Assembly: GCA_951406725.2 (NCBI GenBank)
Contig: OX597827.1
Coordinates: 40,300,001 to 40,364,000 of the forward strand
Origin: Octopus vulgaris
Lineage: Eukaryota
DNA: 64,000 bases
Direction of reading: 5' to 3'
How positions within the stretch are numbered: position 1 is the stretch's first letter; each line of letters begins with the position of its first letter. Below the pieces are notes generated by a model. That model was given only the letters and a program-made list of their open reading frames with translations, made no database searches and was not told the DNA's origin. A program made the translations under genes and the position numbers. Positions 1 through 10,850 of this stretch are shown here, one piece after another.

Positions 1-851
1 AGGCAAGGTGATTGATCATATTAGAAACTTCATTGGTCTATGCTACTTTGGTGCATATGTGAAAGGATGGTGCATCCTTTGTTGAAAAAAAAAGTGCCTA
101 TATATTTTATGATAAAGTATACATTTAAGACAAGGTAGTTTGCACTTCATTCTTATTAGAATGAAGAAAGGCTTGATTATTGAAAAGGTATCGTTTTGAG
201 ATGTATAAAAATATTTTTTTACTGACTTGCCTATATATTTCTACCAGTGAAATAGCAAAATGAACATGAGGAGACCTAGTTCTCCTTACATTTAGTACTT
301 AATGTTATTCTTTATTGTTGGGTAATCTTTTATCAAAGATGTCTTAGCTTTTTCCAAACATAGTATAAACTGTTATTGTGTATGCTCTCCTTTAATGACA
401 ATATGGTGTGTTTGTGGGACATTTGTTTGCTATTTCTAACAACTTGAGTGGTTATGTAGTCACACTTCATTGGTTTGTCACAGTTAAGAAAGTAGTTGAT
501 TTATTTTGAGATTCATAGGCATGTATTGGGTCTCTTGCTAGTTAGACATTATATGCAAAGGTTGAATGAAGAAATGTGACAAAAGAGAGATTGGTGTAAA
601 AGGCAAGCCACTTGAATGAGAGAATTCACTTTGTTTTATAATATTGTCCAGAGATTGACTACATTGAAATTCAGTGAAGCTTCAGCTTCTAATATGGTGA
701 ATTTGTACCTAAACTCCAACTTGAAATACAGGAATGTAATAGCTACCAAGCTATTATCACTGCTAAGGACTTCCTGTCTGTCTCCTGATGTCTGCCTGGT
801 TACATTGCAACTATTATGAATTTCTCACAGTGGGTACTTTTACTGACCTCA

Positions 852-1160
852 TGCCGGTGGCATGTAAAAAGCACCATCCGATTGTGGCTGTTGCCAGCCT
901 CGTCTGGCCCCCGTGCCGGTGGCATGTAAAAAGCACCATCCGATCGTGGCCGTTTGCCAGTCTTGTCTGGCACCTGTGCAGGTGGCACGTAAAAAGCACC
1001 CACTACACTCACAGAGTGGTTGGCTTTAGGAAGGGCATCCAGCTGTAGAAACAGTCAGATCAGACTGGGCCTGGCACAGCCTTCTAACTTCCCAGACCCC
1101 AGTTAAACCATCCAACCCATGCTAGCATGGAAAACGGACGTTAAACGATGATGATGATGC
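852..1160 (+). mobile_element. Abundant SINE-like repeat with RTE-type 3' end and (GAT)n tail; internal ~60-bp tandem units
   Basis: Ends ...ccatgctagcatggaaaacggacgttaaacgatgatgat. Related copies at 12403-12660(-), 25150-25415, 26790-27017, 42930-43175, 43620-44000 and 63897-64000(-). Confidence 0.75.
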
Positions 1161-1313
1161 TGTTTATGCTCCTTTGTGTATTTGTTTTCCTTATTATTAT
1201 ATTAGTATAAATATGTCATAATCTGATTTGATACCTGTTGTTTGCCTTCTATTATATATATATATATTCAAATATGAATATGAAGCAGCCTGAGGGATAT
1301 AAACAATATTGAT

Positions 1314-1791
1314 CACACATACACAAGGTATGTGTTTTGCAAATTCATGGGCAGGCTGCAAGTTATAGGCACAAGAGAATATATGCCTGTTAATTTGCCT
1401 GTTGTTAGAACTCCTGGAAGTCATAGGCAAGTAAGATAACTTGCATCAGCTCCTGTTGCAGGAGCAGTAGACATTATTTACTCATTTTTGTGACTTGCCA
1501 GGTGCAAGCTAAACTGCTGTCTGTTACTATATGCAGGTAAGAACCCTATATTGGTATGTCCCTTGGTGATTTAGCTTGTGTTTGGCCTCATTCGAGTATG
1601 TGGTATTGACAAGTTAGAAAGATAACAAAATATTTTCTACTGCTCTTGCAATGGCACCTGATGCAAGTTATCTTGCTTGTCCATCACTTTCAGATGTTTT
1701 AATACCAGGTGGATTCATTAGAATATATTCTCTTATGCCTATAAATTGCAGCCTGCCCATGAAATGGCAAAACACATCTTGTGTATGTGTG
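1314..1791. repeat. Fold-back inverted repeat (MITE-like), ~160-bp arms
   Basis: 1314-1470 is the imperfect reverse complement of 1637-1791 (catgggcaggctgcaa/ttgcagcctgcccatg; agataacttgcatcag/ctgatgcaagttatct). Confidence 0.85.
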
Positions 1792-2311
1792 TGGTGTTTG
1801 ATATATTTATGTGTATTTGTTTTAATTTTCATGGCCACTGTTCCATGCTAGCATGGGTGAGATGAATATATTATTGAGGCGTTGTTCTACAATCAGATAC
1901 CTTTCCTGTTGCTAACCCTTGTTTTTCAAGTAAGAGGTCACTTTTTCCATGTGTCTTTAAAAGTACAAAAGCCAGCAGATGATTTGTTGGCAGGGGAAAT
2001 GACAACAATTTTACTCTTTGTAGCTCAGCAATTTTCAGAGAAGTACAAATGTAAAGAGGCACATATACATACATACACATATATGATGGGCTTCTTTCAC
2101 TTTCTTTCTACCAAAACTATTTACAAGGCTTTGGTCAGTCTCGGTATGTAGAAGCAGATGTTTGTTCATGGTACCACACAGTGGGACTGAACTTGAAACC
2201 ACATGATTGCACACTCGCGCACACTTGTATGTACATTACACATATGCATGTATAGATACACATACATGCATACATAAATGTATTTATCTAAATTATTCTT
2301 ATATTTTTCAG

Positions 2312-2398
2312 AAAAAAGCATCTGCTCTCTTTGAAGTTGCAGAAGTTTTCCCTGTCATGACAAACAACTATGAAGACAGTATTTTACGAGGTGTTAGG
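2312..2398 (+). CDS. C6orf62: C6orf62 homologue, first visible coding exon ([29 protein letters not shown])
   Basis: ttttcag acceptor and gtaag donor, 87 bp, phase 0. Peptide resembles C6orf62 [28 protein letters not shown] (recalled, not searched). The N-terminal exon was not found in the window. Confidence 0.92.
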
Positions 2399-2848
2399 GT
2401 AAGTTTTTTTCTTCTTTTTTGTGGGTTGGTTTGTTTGTGGTGGAGATAGTGCCTATCATTATTATTGTTAGGATGGTGTAGTGTTTGGCATAATTTGTTG
2501 AGTGAAATACAAATTACCTTGCAGTATTTAGTTTGGTTTTCATAGGTTCAGATTTGAAATCTTTCAGAGGTAGTCCTTATCTATCCTCTTTTCAAGGTTG
2601 ATAGAATAAACTCCAGGCAAGTAATGATGTCAATTTAACTGTGCCTAGCCCTAGACATATCTTCATAATTATTATTAAGGCATAGGGGTGTATTAGCAGA
2701 ATCACTAAAGTACTGGGGAAATAGGAGAGTATTGTAGTTCGCGTGAAGCATTGTGTATTCTTTGTAAAGAATAAAAAGTTTTGAATGGTACAACGCACTA
2801 TAATATTAAAAAAAAGTGGGGAGGTATATACCTGTTGTAATTTAGTTA

Positions 2849-2904
2849 TCCATAGTCTGATGATATTTCGGAATATAATTCCTTCTTCAGATATTCTTAG
2901 ATGG
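2849..2904 (-). ncRNA. Hammerhead-core-like motif, partial
   Basis: Minus strand CUGAAGA-A-GGAA(UUAUA)UUCC-GAAA-UAUCAUC. Core and stem II are intact; stems I and III are poor. Confidence 0.4.
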
Positions 2905-3084
2905 AGTCGCTGCTATCATTGGTTTTCCAACAACTTTTCTTTTTTCGGAAGCGTCTCAGCAGTGGTCTCACAAAGCTCCTTCTGGAATTCCTCATGAGAA
3001 GTGTGTGAGGTCGGCTATGTCTCAATCTTGTGTGTGTTGGTACATCTGTAGCGTTGCTTCTAAATGCTTGAAGTGGCATTGACT

Positions 3085-3790
3085 CCTGGGAGAAGGGGTA
3101 CTGTGTAGTGTGGACAGTTGCAGCGAGTCAAAAGCTGGAACACTTTATAGGTACAGACACAGTTAGGTAGAGGTGAGAAAGAAATCAAGAAGTGTGTTTT
3201 GGAGTTTCTTGTGTTGATCTGAATGACTGCGAATCGATGAAATAAGATAATGTAAAAAGATGGCAATAGTAAAGGATTTTTGGTTTCTGCACTGACAGCA
3301 TCAGTGTCGAATGACTGTGAATGTCATGAGGAGTTGTGAACATTGAAATAAATGGGAGATGATGATTTCAGAGAGGGAATAGTGTGAGAGATATGTTCTC
3401 GATGAAGGAGTAGATGTGGTCAAAGAGTTGCTAGTGGTTTGAGGAATTCAGAGAGTAATAGAAGGAGCAGATTTATTTGAGGAAATAAGAGAGGAAGATT
3501 TTAAGACAAAGAAATTGTAAGTTATTGCTGAAGTTCAAGTGAGAGACAGGGAGAGTATAGTCTATATATTTACAGACACCACCTTTAGAGTGAAATCTGG
3601 GTAGAGAGTGTAACCTGAACAAGGGAGATGGGTTCTAGGTCTGGGTTGAGGATTTTGAGTCCCCAAAAGAAATAGGGTGTGTGGTATATGTGTAAGAGGT
3701 GGGATCTAGGCTGGAGAGAAATTCTCAGATGTTTGAAAAGAGGAGAGGTAATTGGCCAAGAGGTTTGGATCTATTTTTTGGCATTGAGAG
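3085..3790 (-). mobile_element. Degenerate non-LTR retrotransposon apurinic-endonuclease fragment
   Basis: Frameshifted minus-strand translation gives SGYTLY...KGGVCKY, FNVHN and NTLLDFFLTST, motifs of the LINE APE domain. Confidence 0.6.
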
Positions 3791-4661
3791 AAGTGTAAAG
3801 GGTGGCAGTACATGGAAAGGTTATTAAAATTCCTAACCAGAAGGCTGGTCCGAATGCTTGCAACAGAGTGAATTCTGCCAAAGGGCACCCAAGAGCCTGA
3901 TAATGGTATTAAACCAAGTGGCATGGTGCACCTATTTCCCCCACTCTCAAAATTGGATTTTCTTTGCCCAGTAGGAAAGGGCTGCCTATGAATGAACAGT
4001 AGGAAAATCAGGAGAGAGAGAGAGAGATTAAGAAAAAATCAAAAATTTGAGATCATAATAGTTGAAATAGTGATGAAAGTAGAAATAGTAGTTGATAAAA
4101 TAAGTAATATATTGGTATTCTCTTATCAACTTCATAAGGAGGAAAGGCAAAATTGACATGGGTGAGATTTGAACTCAGAATATAAAGTGATGTAACTAAA
4201 CACCACAAAGTATTTTGTCTTGTAGCTCTACAAATTTTAGCATCCATTGTTCATAGTATTTTCTTGCTCTTTGCCTGTATAGTCAATAATGAAAATTATT
4301 TTTATTCTACGTCCCTTCAATGATCTCCATAAACCATTGGGCTAGTGCTTGTCCCTGGTATTAAGATGGTGAGATGAAAAGTAAAATCTCTCTTGGATAG
4401 TCTATTGCATATGAAATTGTTCCTGCAAGAAAATATTGAACCTATCATTATAGCAAGTATTTAAATTGTTAATGTTTACAGTGTTGCCATGTATTCCCAA
4501 GTCAATATTATCACAATGTAGTACCTACCTACTGATGGAAATAGATGTTGCAAGGATACAAACCTCTTGTCTGGTTGTCTTCTATCTTATTGAATTGGTC
4601 ATCTGCATTTTCTTAATTATTTATTATTATATACTGAATTTTATTTGATTTCCATTTTTAG

Positions 4662-4751
4662 GAAGAAGCTTATTCCTATGAGAGTACAAAGGAACTGTTG
4701 GATAAAGATGTTGTCCAACTTCATGCCACTCGCTGGCAATCAATGAGGAAG
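4662..4751 (+). CDS. C6orf62: C6orf62 homologue exon (EEAYSYESTKELLDKDVVQLHATRWQSMRK)
   Basis: tttttag/gtaag boundaries, 90 bp in frame. Matches the family motif ELLxKDVVQLHAxRxQSMR. Confidence 0.93.
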
Positions 4752-5820
4752 GTAAGTTTGTAAATTCTTCATCTCAAATATTCTCTTCTTTAGCCCTTTC
4801 ACATTTTCTCCCATTAATTATTTGACTTGTCATAATTATTGCACTCCTTTGTCACTTCTTTTCTCTTAAGTTTAACATCTAACTCTGTAAAGTTGATATT
4901 TAAATTACAGTGACGGAGCTTTGTTTCTTAGTCAGAAACAAAGCCCCTCTTTATAGAATGAATTCAAAGAATTAATTAAAAAAAGTATCAGATATGCATG
5001 TATTTGGCTTATCTTTTGTTCCATGATACTCCATTGTATCCCATTATGTTCCACTCTTGACTTAGTTTCGCAGTGAAGAAAAATTCTTCAGTTAATGAGA
5101 AACAAGGGATTCTCAGTATGGTTGCTCACCCTGGCAGAATTAGCAACAAAACAGCTCACAGACTACTCTCGTTTTCAAAAGTGTATATAACAGTATATTA
5201 AAAACAAAACTTCATGTCTTAAATGTGACACCACTAAGATGACATGGTCATAATCAAAATACCAGTTACATGATAAAATGTCAGTAAAAAATTTTAGTAA
5301 AAATAATTTTTCAAAAGTGAAAAATATGTCTTGTATATGACATGCTGCACGTATATCTAAATACCCTTGTCTCATCCTTGTAAAACGTATGTTGTATGTG
5401 GATAATGTCAATAACATCCTTCCACCAGCCTTAACTAGCTATGCATCTATACTGGCTTTACATTGGCTGCCTACAAACCACTTTCCAAGTTGACTTAGAC
5501 TTCCCAAAATTCACTGAATCTTCATCATAGCAGCAGCATCAAATGCAACCAAAAATTTGCACCGAACAACATGAACCCTCTATGCTTTTACACCATTCAC
5601 ATTTCACTCAAAACATATCTACAAACAGTTATACATAGAGGCACATGTATACATATAGAAGTATATGCATAAGTACATGCTTTTATACATAGATACATGT
5701 ATACACACACATATACAGACATATTTGCATACATAGAGCTACATGCATGCATGTGTGTATGTTTGCTTTTCCAAATTTTTTTGCAATGTTTTTTATATCT
5801 TCTATTTATCTACACATCAG

Positions 5821-5943
5821 GATGTGCTGGGTTGTGCTTCAGACATGGATTTCATGTTGTGGCCCCGTAAGGACATTGATAAGATTGAATGCTTACTTTT
5901 TTCAAGATGGAAAGGAGACAATGGCAAGTTTAAGCCTCTGCAG
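5821..5943 (+). CDS. C6orf62: C6orf62 homologue exon (DVLGCASDMDFMLWPRKDIDKIECLLFSRWKGDNGKFKPLQ)
   Basis: cag/gtaaag boundaries, 123 bp. Family motif MDFxLWPRxDIxKIxCLLFSRWK. Confidence 0.95.
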
Positions 5944-6367
5944 GTAAAGTAAATTACTGTATAGTGTGTGTGTATGGGGTGAGCATAGATTGTGGAAATT
6001 TTAGTAATGTTTGTCACTTTACATGAAATTAGTTTGGTTGAATCATTCAGACATGGAATCTGCTATACAAATGACTTGTGCATAATAATTTCTATACATG
6101 GAAAGTGCTCCACCAGTTTAAATAGTAGGAGCTTAATGTGTATATTGCTGAATATATTTCTCATGCTATTTGTATGTAACACATAGTATTCAATATTCTA
6201 AAGTACAGCTAAAATAACCTAACTTAATAAACATGCAAGATATGTGTAAAATACACTGCAAAGTACAAATATAAATAATAAAAGATTAGCAATTTATGCC
6301 AAACCTAATTCTGTCATGATAATTTAATTTTGTCACTGGAGGAAGAGTTATTGTATGTATGTAATTA

Positions 6368-6419
<52 letters not shown>

Positions 6420-6422
<3 letters not shown>

Positions 6423-6796
6423 TACCGTCAGAAATTAATTAGCACCCTTGATTTGCTCTTCACTCAAGGTATGTGCTGTCACCTAGTGGCCATATCTCGA
6501 ACTATTGCTTTGTTGCGAGTTCACTGTTGCACAGAACGATGACATAACTTTGTTTGCAGAGCAGTTTGAGAGTCTACAGCCTTATGATGTTGACATAGCA
6601 GTGCAACAACAACTTGGAGTGCGGATGCAGACAAATCTTCCTTTGTTTAATAGATATAGGTAGCGCCTCGCAAGGACCGAAATCACACCATACTAAGTTT
6701 TCTCATCGCGTAAGACGTTTTGAACAGCTCATAGGTTAATTGATTTAACCTATTTAATGTAGAAATTTGAGAAGTGCTAATTAATTTCTGACGCAA

Positions 6797-6799
<3 letters not shown>
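6420..6799. mobile_element. Tc1/mariner-type MITE inserted in a (TA)n microsatellite
   Basis: TIRs cgtcagaaattaattagcac / gtgctaattaatttctgacg, with TA arrays on both sides. Confidence 0.75.
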
Positions 6800-6857
<58 letters not shown>

Positions 6858-7596
6858 CATACATACATACACACATACACACATACATACACACACTCCA
6901 CTTCTACTCCTCTTGTACCTTGAGAGTCCACTCAGACACATTGTCACCATTATATTTATCTCTTCCCAGTTCCATCCCAATCATTGTGAGTAACCTTGTA
7001 GTTCCTCTATAGCAAGAAACCTGTTCTGCTCTGGCTCTTTCCCTCCTGTTTCATCACCTCATCTTCTAGCACACAGCTGCCTCAGAGTTTGTAGTCTTGT
7101 AGGCTGCATAGTGATCTCACTAGTGCTGGCTGCATGAGGAAAAACACCCAGTGCACACTACAAAATGTTTGGCTTTAGGAAGGATATTGACTGTAGAAAC
7201 CAAGCCAAAGTAGACAATGGAGCATGATATAGTCTTCTATCTTTTTAAACCATCCAACCCATACCAACACGAACATTTATTTAAATGATGACGATGATCA
7301 TGACATTATCTCAGTCTGTTAAATAGTACTTATGTAGAGGGGAATATTGTGTGTGTGTGTGTGTGTACCTATATATATAAATTATGAAGATATTAATAAA
7401 TAATAATATAGGTGGTTAGTTAGCCAAAAAACCAAAAGGCAAATATATAAACAAAGGTACTAGATAGCACCAGTTTTGCTAGAAATAGTAGTCTAAAGCG
7501 ACTCCACCACAAGCACTGGAAGTTAATGAGCTGATGAAATTTGGTGGAAGCCAACATATCAAAGTAAGGTACAATCGCAAATGAAATTGCAGATAT

Positions 7597-7651
7597 ACCC
7601 ATATCGTGATTTCGAACTCTGAGATAATTCTCTTAGTCCTCTGCAGTGGGT
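7597..7651 (-). ncRNA. Minimal type-I hammerhead-ribozyme-like motif (degenerate core)
   Basis: Minus strand reads ACCCA-CUGCAGA-GGACU(AAGAGAAUUAUCUCAG)AGUUC-GAAA-UCACGA-UA^UGGGU. Stems I and II pair, stem III is near-palindromic, and the core has A6C. Confidence 0.65.
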
Positions 7652-7944
7652 CGTGCTGCCTGGGGCTAAATAGTTACTTGTCTTGTACAAGCTTATTAAA
7701 ACCATTGAGATAGGCACACACATACACTTACATGTAAGTTTAGCAAAGAATGTGTAAAAAAAAAAAAGAATTTAATGTTGAGTAATTGGCTCAATAATAA
7801 TACATTTAATGAAGGGATGTAGAAATATTAATTGAACTTTAAAGTTTTAATTGTGTTACCCTTGTGTTTGATAATTGATCTATTTGGTATATTAAAAAGA
7901 CATTGAAAAAAAAAGTCAAATGTCCAATTGTTTGAATTTTTCAG

Positions 7945-8082
7945 ACTGTCTTTGAATTTTCACATCATGAATATGAGAAACAGTTGCTCCATCTAGTGGC
8001 AATTCGCAACCAGAAGTCTGCATTGATCATCAGTAATGCTGAGCAGTCAATGTTCCTGTTTGTGGATAGACATGTTATTCAA
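7945..8082 (+). CDS. C6orf62: C6orf62 homologue exon (TVFEFSHHEYEKQLLHLVAIRNQKSALIISNAEQSMFLFVDRHVIQ)
   Basis: tttttcag/gtatgt boundaries, 138 bp. Matches FEFxHxxYEKQxLH...QSxFLFxDR. Confidence 0.93.
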
Positions 8083-9778
8083 GTATGTGTTGCACAAGTT
8101 TATTTCCTTTTTCTTATATATATCTCCAGCTACTTAACTCTTATTACTCACCTATTGTAAGATGACTTAATTTCAGAAGGCTTTTATGCTGGTCATTCAT
8201 ATTGTGTTATTCTGGTGTGGTGGTAGTGAATGAAAGATTTTAAAAATTTTATTTGTAACAGAGGCTACAGTGTGACCAAGGTTGGCTGAAGAAATATTTT
8301 GTTTCTCATGTGTTGTTTGATTGTCTCAATATATGAGAAGTTATTTTTAATAGGATTATGATGTTTTGAACTCTTAACCCCATCTTCAAAAATGAAAGAA
8401 ATTTTTCAATATTTATATATTTATATCTGCTTTTCAATTGTTTTCATCTCTACTTGTCATCAGGTGTCTTAGTCCAAAATATATAATATTGTACTGAACA
8501 ATGATATAAAAATATAAAGCTTCTTCCTAAGACTCATAAGGCTGGTTTCCTGGATTCCCTCACTGAATGGGATGCCAGTCTGTTGCAGGAACACTACTTT
8601 TTGCCAGCTTAGTGTACTGGAGCAATGTGAAATGAAGTATTTTGCTCAAGAACACAGCGCATCAACCAGTTCAGCAATCAAAGTCACAATCTTAGGATTA
8701 GGAATCCAACACCCTAATCACTAAGCCATTCTGTCATGGAATTCCAAATTAGAGAGAACTACTACAAAGCAAGGAAGCCATACATATAACTAATAAAATA
8801 TACAGTTTAGTTAAGCTCAGCAGTGATATCTGCTCAGAGTGGCTTTCATTACTGTTTGATGAATATAATTAACTTAAAATTGCCTTTTTCCAGGTTGCTA
8901 AAAGCAGTCCTAATCAAGCACTAGTATTGATATAATTGACTATATACCCTTATCACTAACGTTGCAACCTTGTATCTAAGTTATGAGTCACTTCCGTATT
9001 GCTTGATTTAATTAGCAGTTTTCTGCTCCCCCAACCAATTTGACTTGAATCTGTTAGATATCACTTTTAGAATAAAGTATTATTATTGCATTTCTTCTTC
9101 CTCTTTACGTTTTGAGTTCAAATTTTGATGAGGCTGACTTTGCCTTTCATTTTTTGAAGTTGATAAAATAAGTACCAGTTGAGCACTGGGTTTGATGTAA
9201 CTGACTAGCCCCATCCTGCCAAATTTCAGGCCTTGTACCTTTAGTAGAAAGAATTATTAATATTATGAGGTTAGGAGATCGGCAGACTTGTTAGTCAGAC
9301 AAAATATCTTGCAGTATTACCTTTTTAGTTAAAATCCTGCTGATGTCAACTTTACTTTTCATTCCTCTGGGATACCAGTTAAATATTGGGGTTGATGGTA
9401 TTGACTAAAATCACTAGCCTTGTGCCTAAATTAAGATCAGTAAGGGCAGTGAAATAATTAGTGTTGGACAAATTGTTTTGCAGTGATAGCTCTTTATATC
9501 CCAAGTTCCAATTCCACTAGGGTCGGTAAAACACTGTTCATGTATCAGGGGTGATTTAATCAACTGACCTTTTGCTTGCTTGTGTCAAAAACAGACAAAT
9601 TGCTTAGAATCATTTCTTCTGGCTTTACGTTCTGAGTTCAAATCCTGCTGAGGTCATCTTTGTTTTTCATCTTTTTGGTGTCAATAAAATATACTACCAA
9701 CTAAGTACTAGGGTTGATGCAATCAACTAACCCCTACCTCTGAAATTGCTGACCTTCTGCCAAAGTTTGAAATCATTG

Positions 9779-9782
<4 letters not shown>

Positions 9783-9847
<65 letters not shown>
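9783..9847. repeat. (TAT)n microsatellite, tail of a SINE cluster
   Basis: About 21 TAT units directly upstream of the 9864 acceptor. Confidence 0.95.
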
Positions 9848-9848
<1 letters not shown>

Positions 9849-9863
9849 TATTCTTTTTTTCAG

Positions 9864-9923
9864 ACCAGCAACACCCAAGTAGTAATTTTCAAACTATGTA
9901 GCCTCTGTCTCTACATACCACAA
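9864..9923 (+). CDS. C6orf62: C6orf62 homologue exon (TSNTQVVIFKLCSLCLYIPQ)
   Basis: tttttttcag/gtaagt boundaries, 60 bp. Matches IFKLCSxCLYxPQ. Confidence 0.93.
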
Positions 9924-10284
9924 GTAAGTGACTATACTTGCTTCTTTGCTTTTATTTTGTTGATAGTTCCCTTCTTGAGTCGTAGACATTTTAACTGCTT
10001 TCAATATCCACTCCACATTCTTCCTGTCAAAGGATAGAAGCGCACACCATGCATGGGTGTGTGGTTAACAAGTTTGTTTTGCATGATTCTGGAGTCAATC
10101 CTATTGCACTGCATTTGGGTTAGCCAATAGCTTCAGAGGGGAATTTGATAGAGGGTAACTGTTTATTGTATGTACATGTGTGTGTCTGTATGTATAAGTG
10201 GCAAGTGCACAGGAGTAGTTAGCAGTAAGGTTACATGTGAAGGAAATTTCTTCCAATGTTTAGAAGGTCCATTATAGGTAATTC

Positions 10285-10850
10285 TTAGCTTTTGTTATCC
10301 AGGTGACTAAATTAACTATGGAGGTGGGTGTTCTGAAAGTGTAGTCGCCATGATAATAAGAATGGGATGGAAAAGTTCAAGGAGCTGTTACCTCTGCTAG
10401 CATCAAAGGGTTTCCCTCTCAGTGTGAAGGGCTGTTTATATGATACTTGTAGATGAAATGTGATTTTGTATGGTACTAAGATGTGGGCTTTGAATGCGAA
10501 GGGTTTGCAAAAGCTGGAAAGAAATGAAGCAAGTATGCTCTACTGGATGTAAAAGTGGTGAGTGAAAAAACAGGTTATATGAGGAGCCAAATGTAGGGTA
10601 CAAGAGAAGACTATACAGGCAAATAATGCATGTAGAAGATGTCAATTGTATACGGAATTGCCAAGTGCTCTAAGTGAATGGAAGCTTGGAAGAGAGTGAT
10701 GAAGGAAGACATGGGATAAAATGGTGAAGACTAATTGCAGGAAACTGAACCTCATGAGAGAGATGACAAAGAGCTGTCTTGTGGTGAAACATTGTGCTGA
10801 AGACTCAGCCAACCTAAGCAAACATGGAGAAATGGATGCAAAAAAAATTA
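10285..10850 (+). mobile_element. Degenerate RTE-like LINE 3' fragment
   Basis: Similar to the better preserved copy at 24612-25080 (IRMGWKKFKELLPLLASKGFPLSVKG). Confidence 0.6.
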
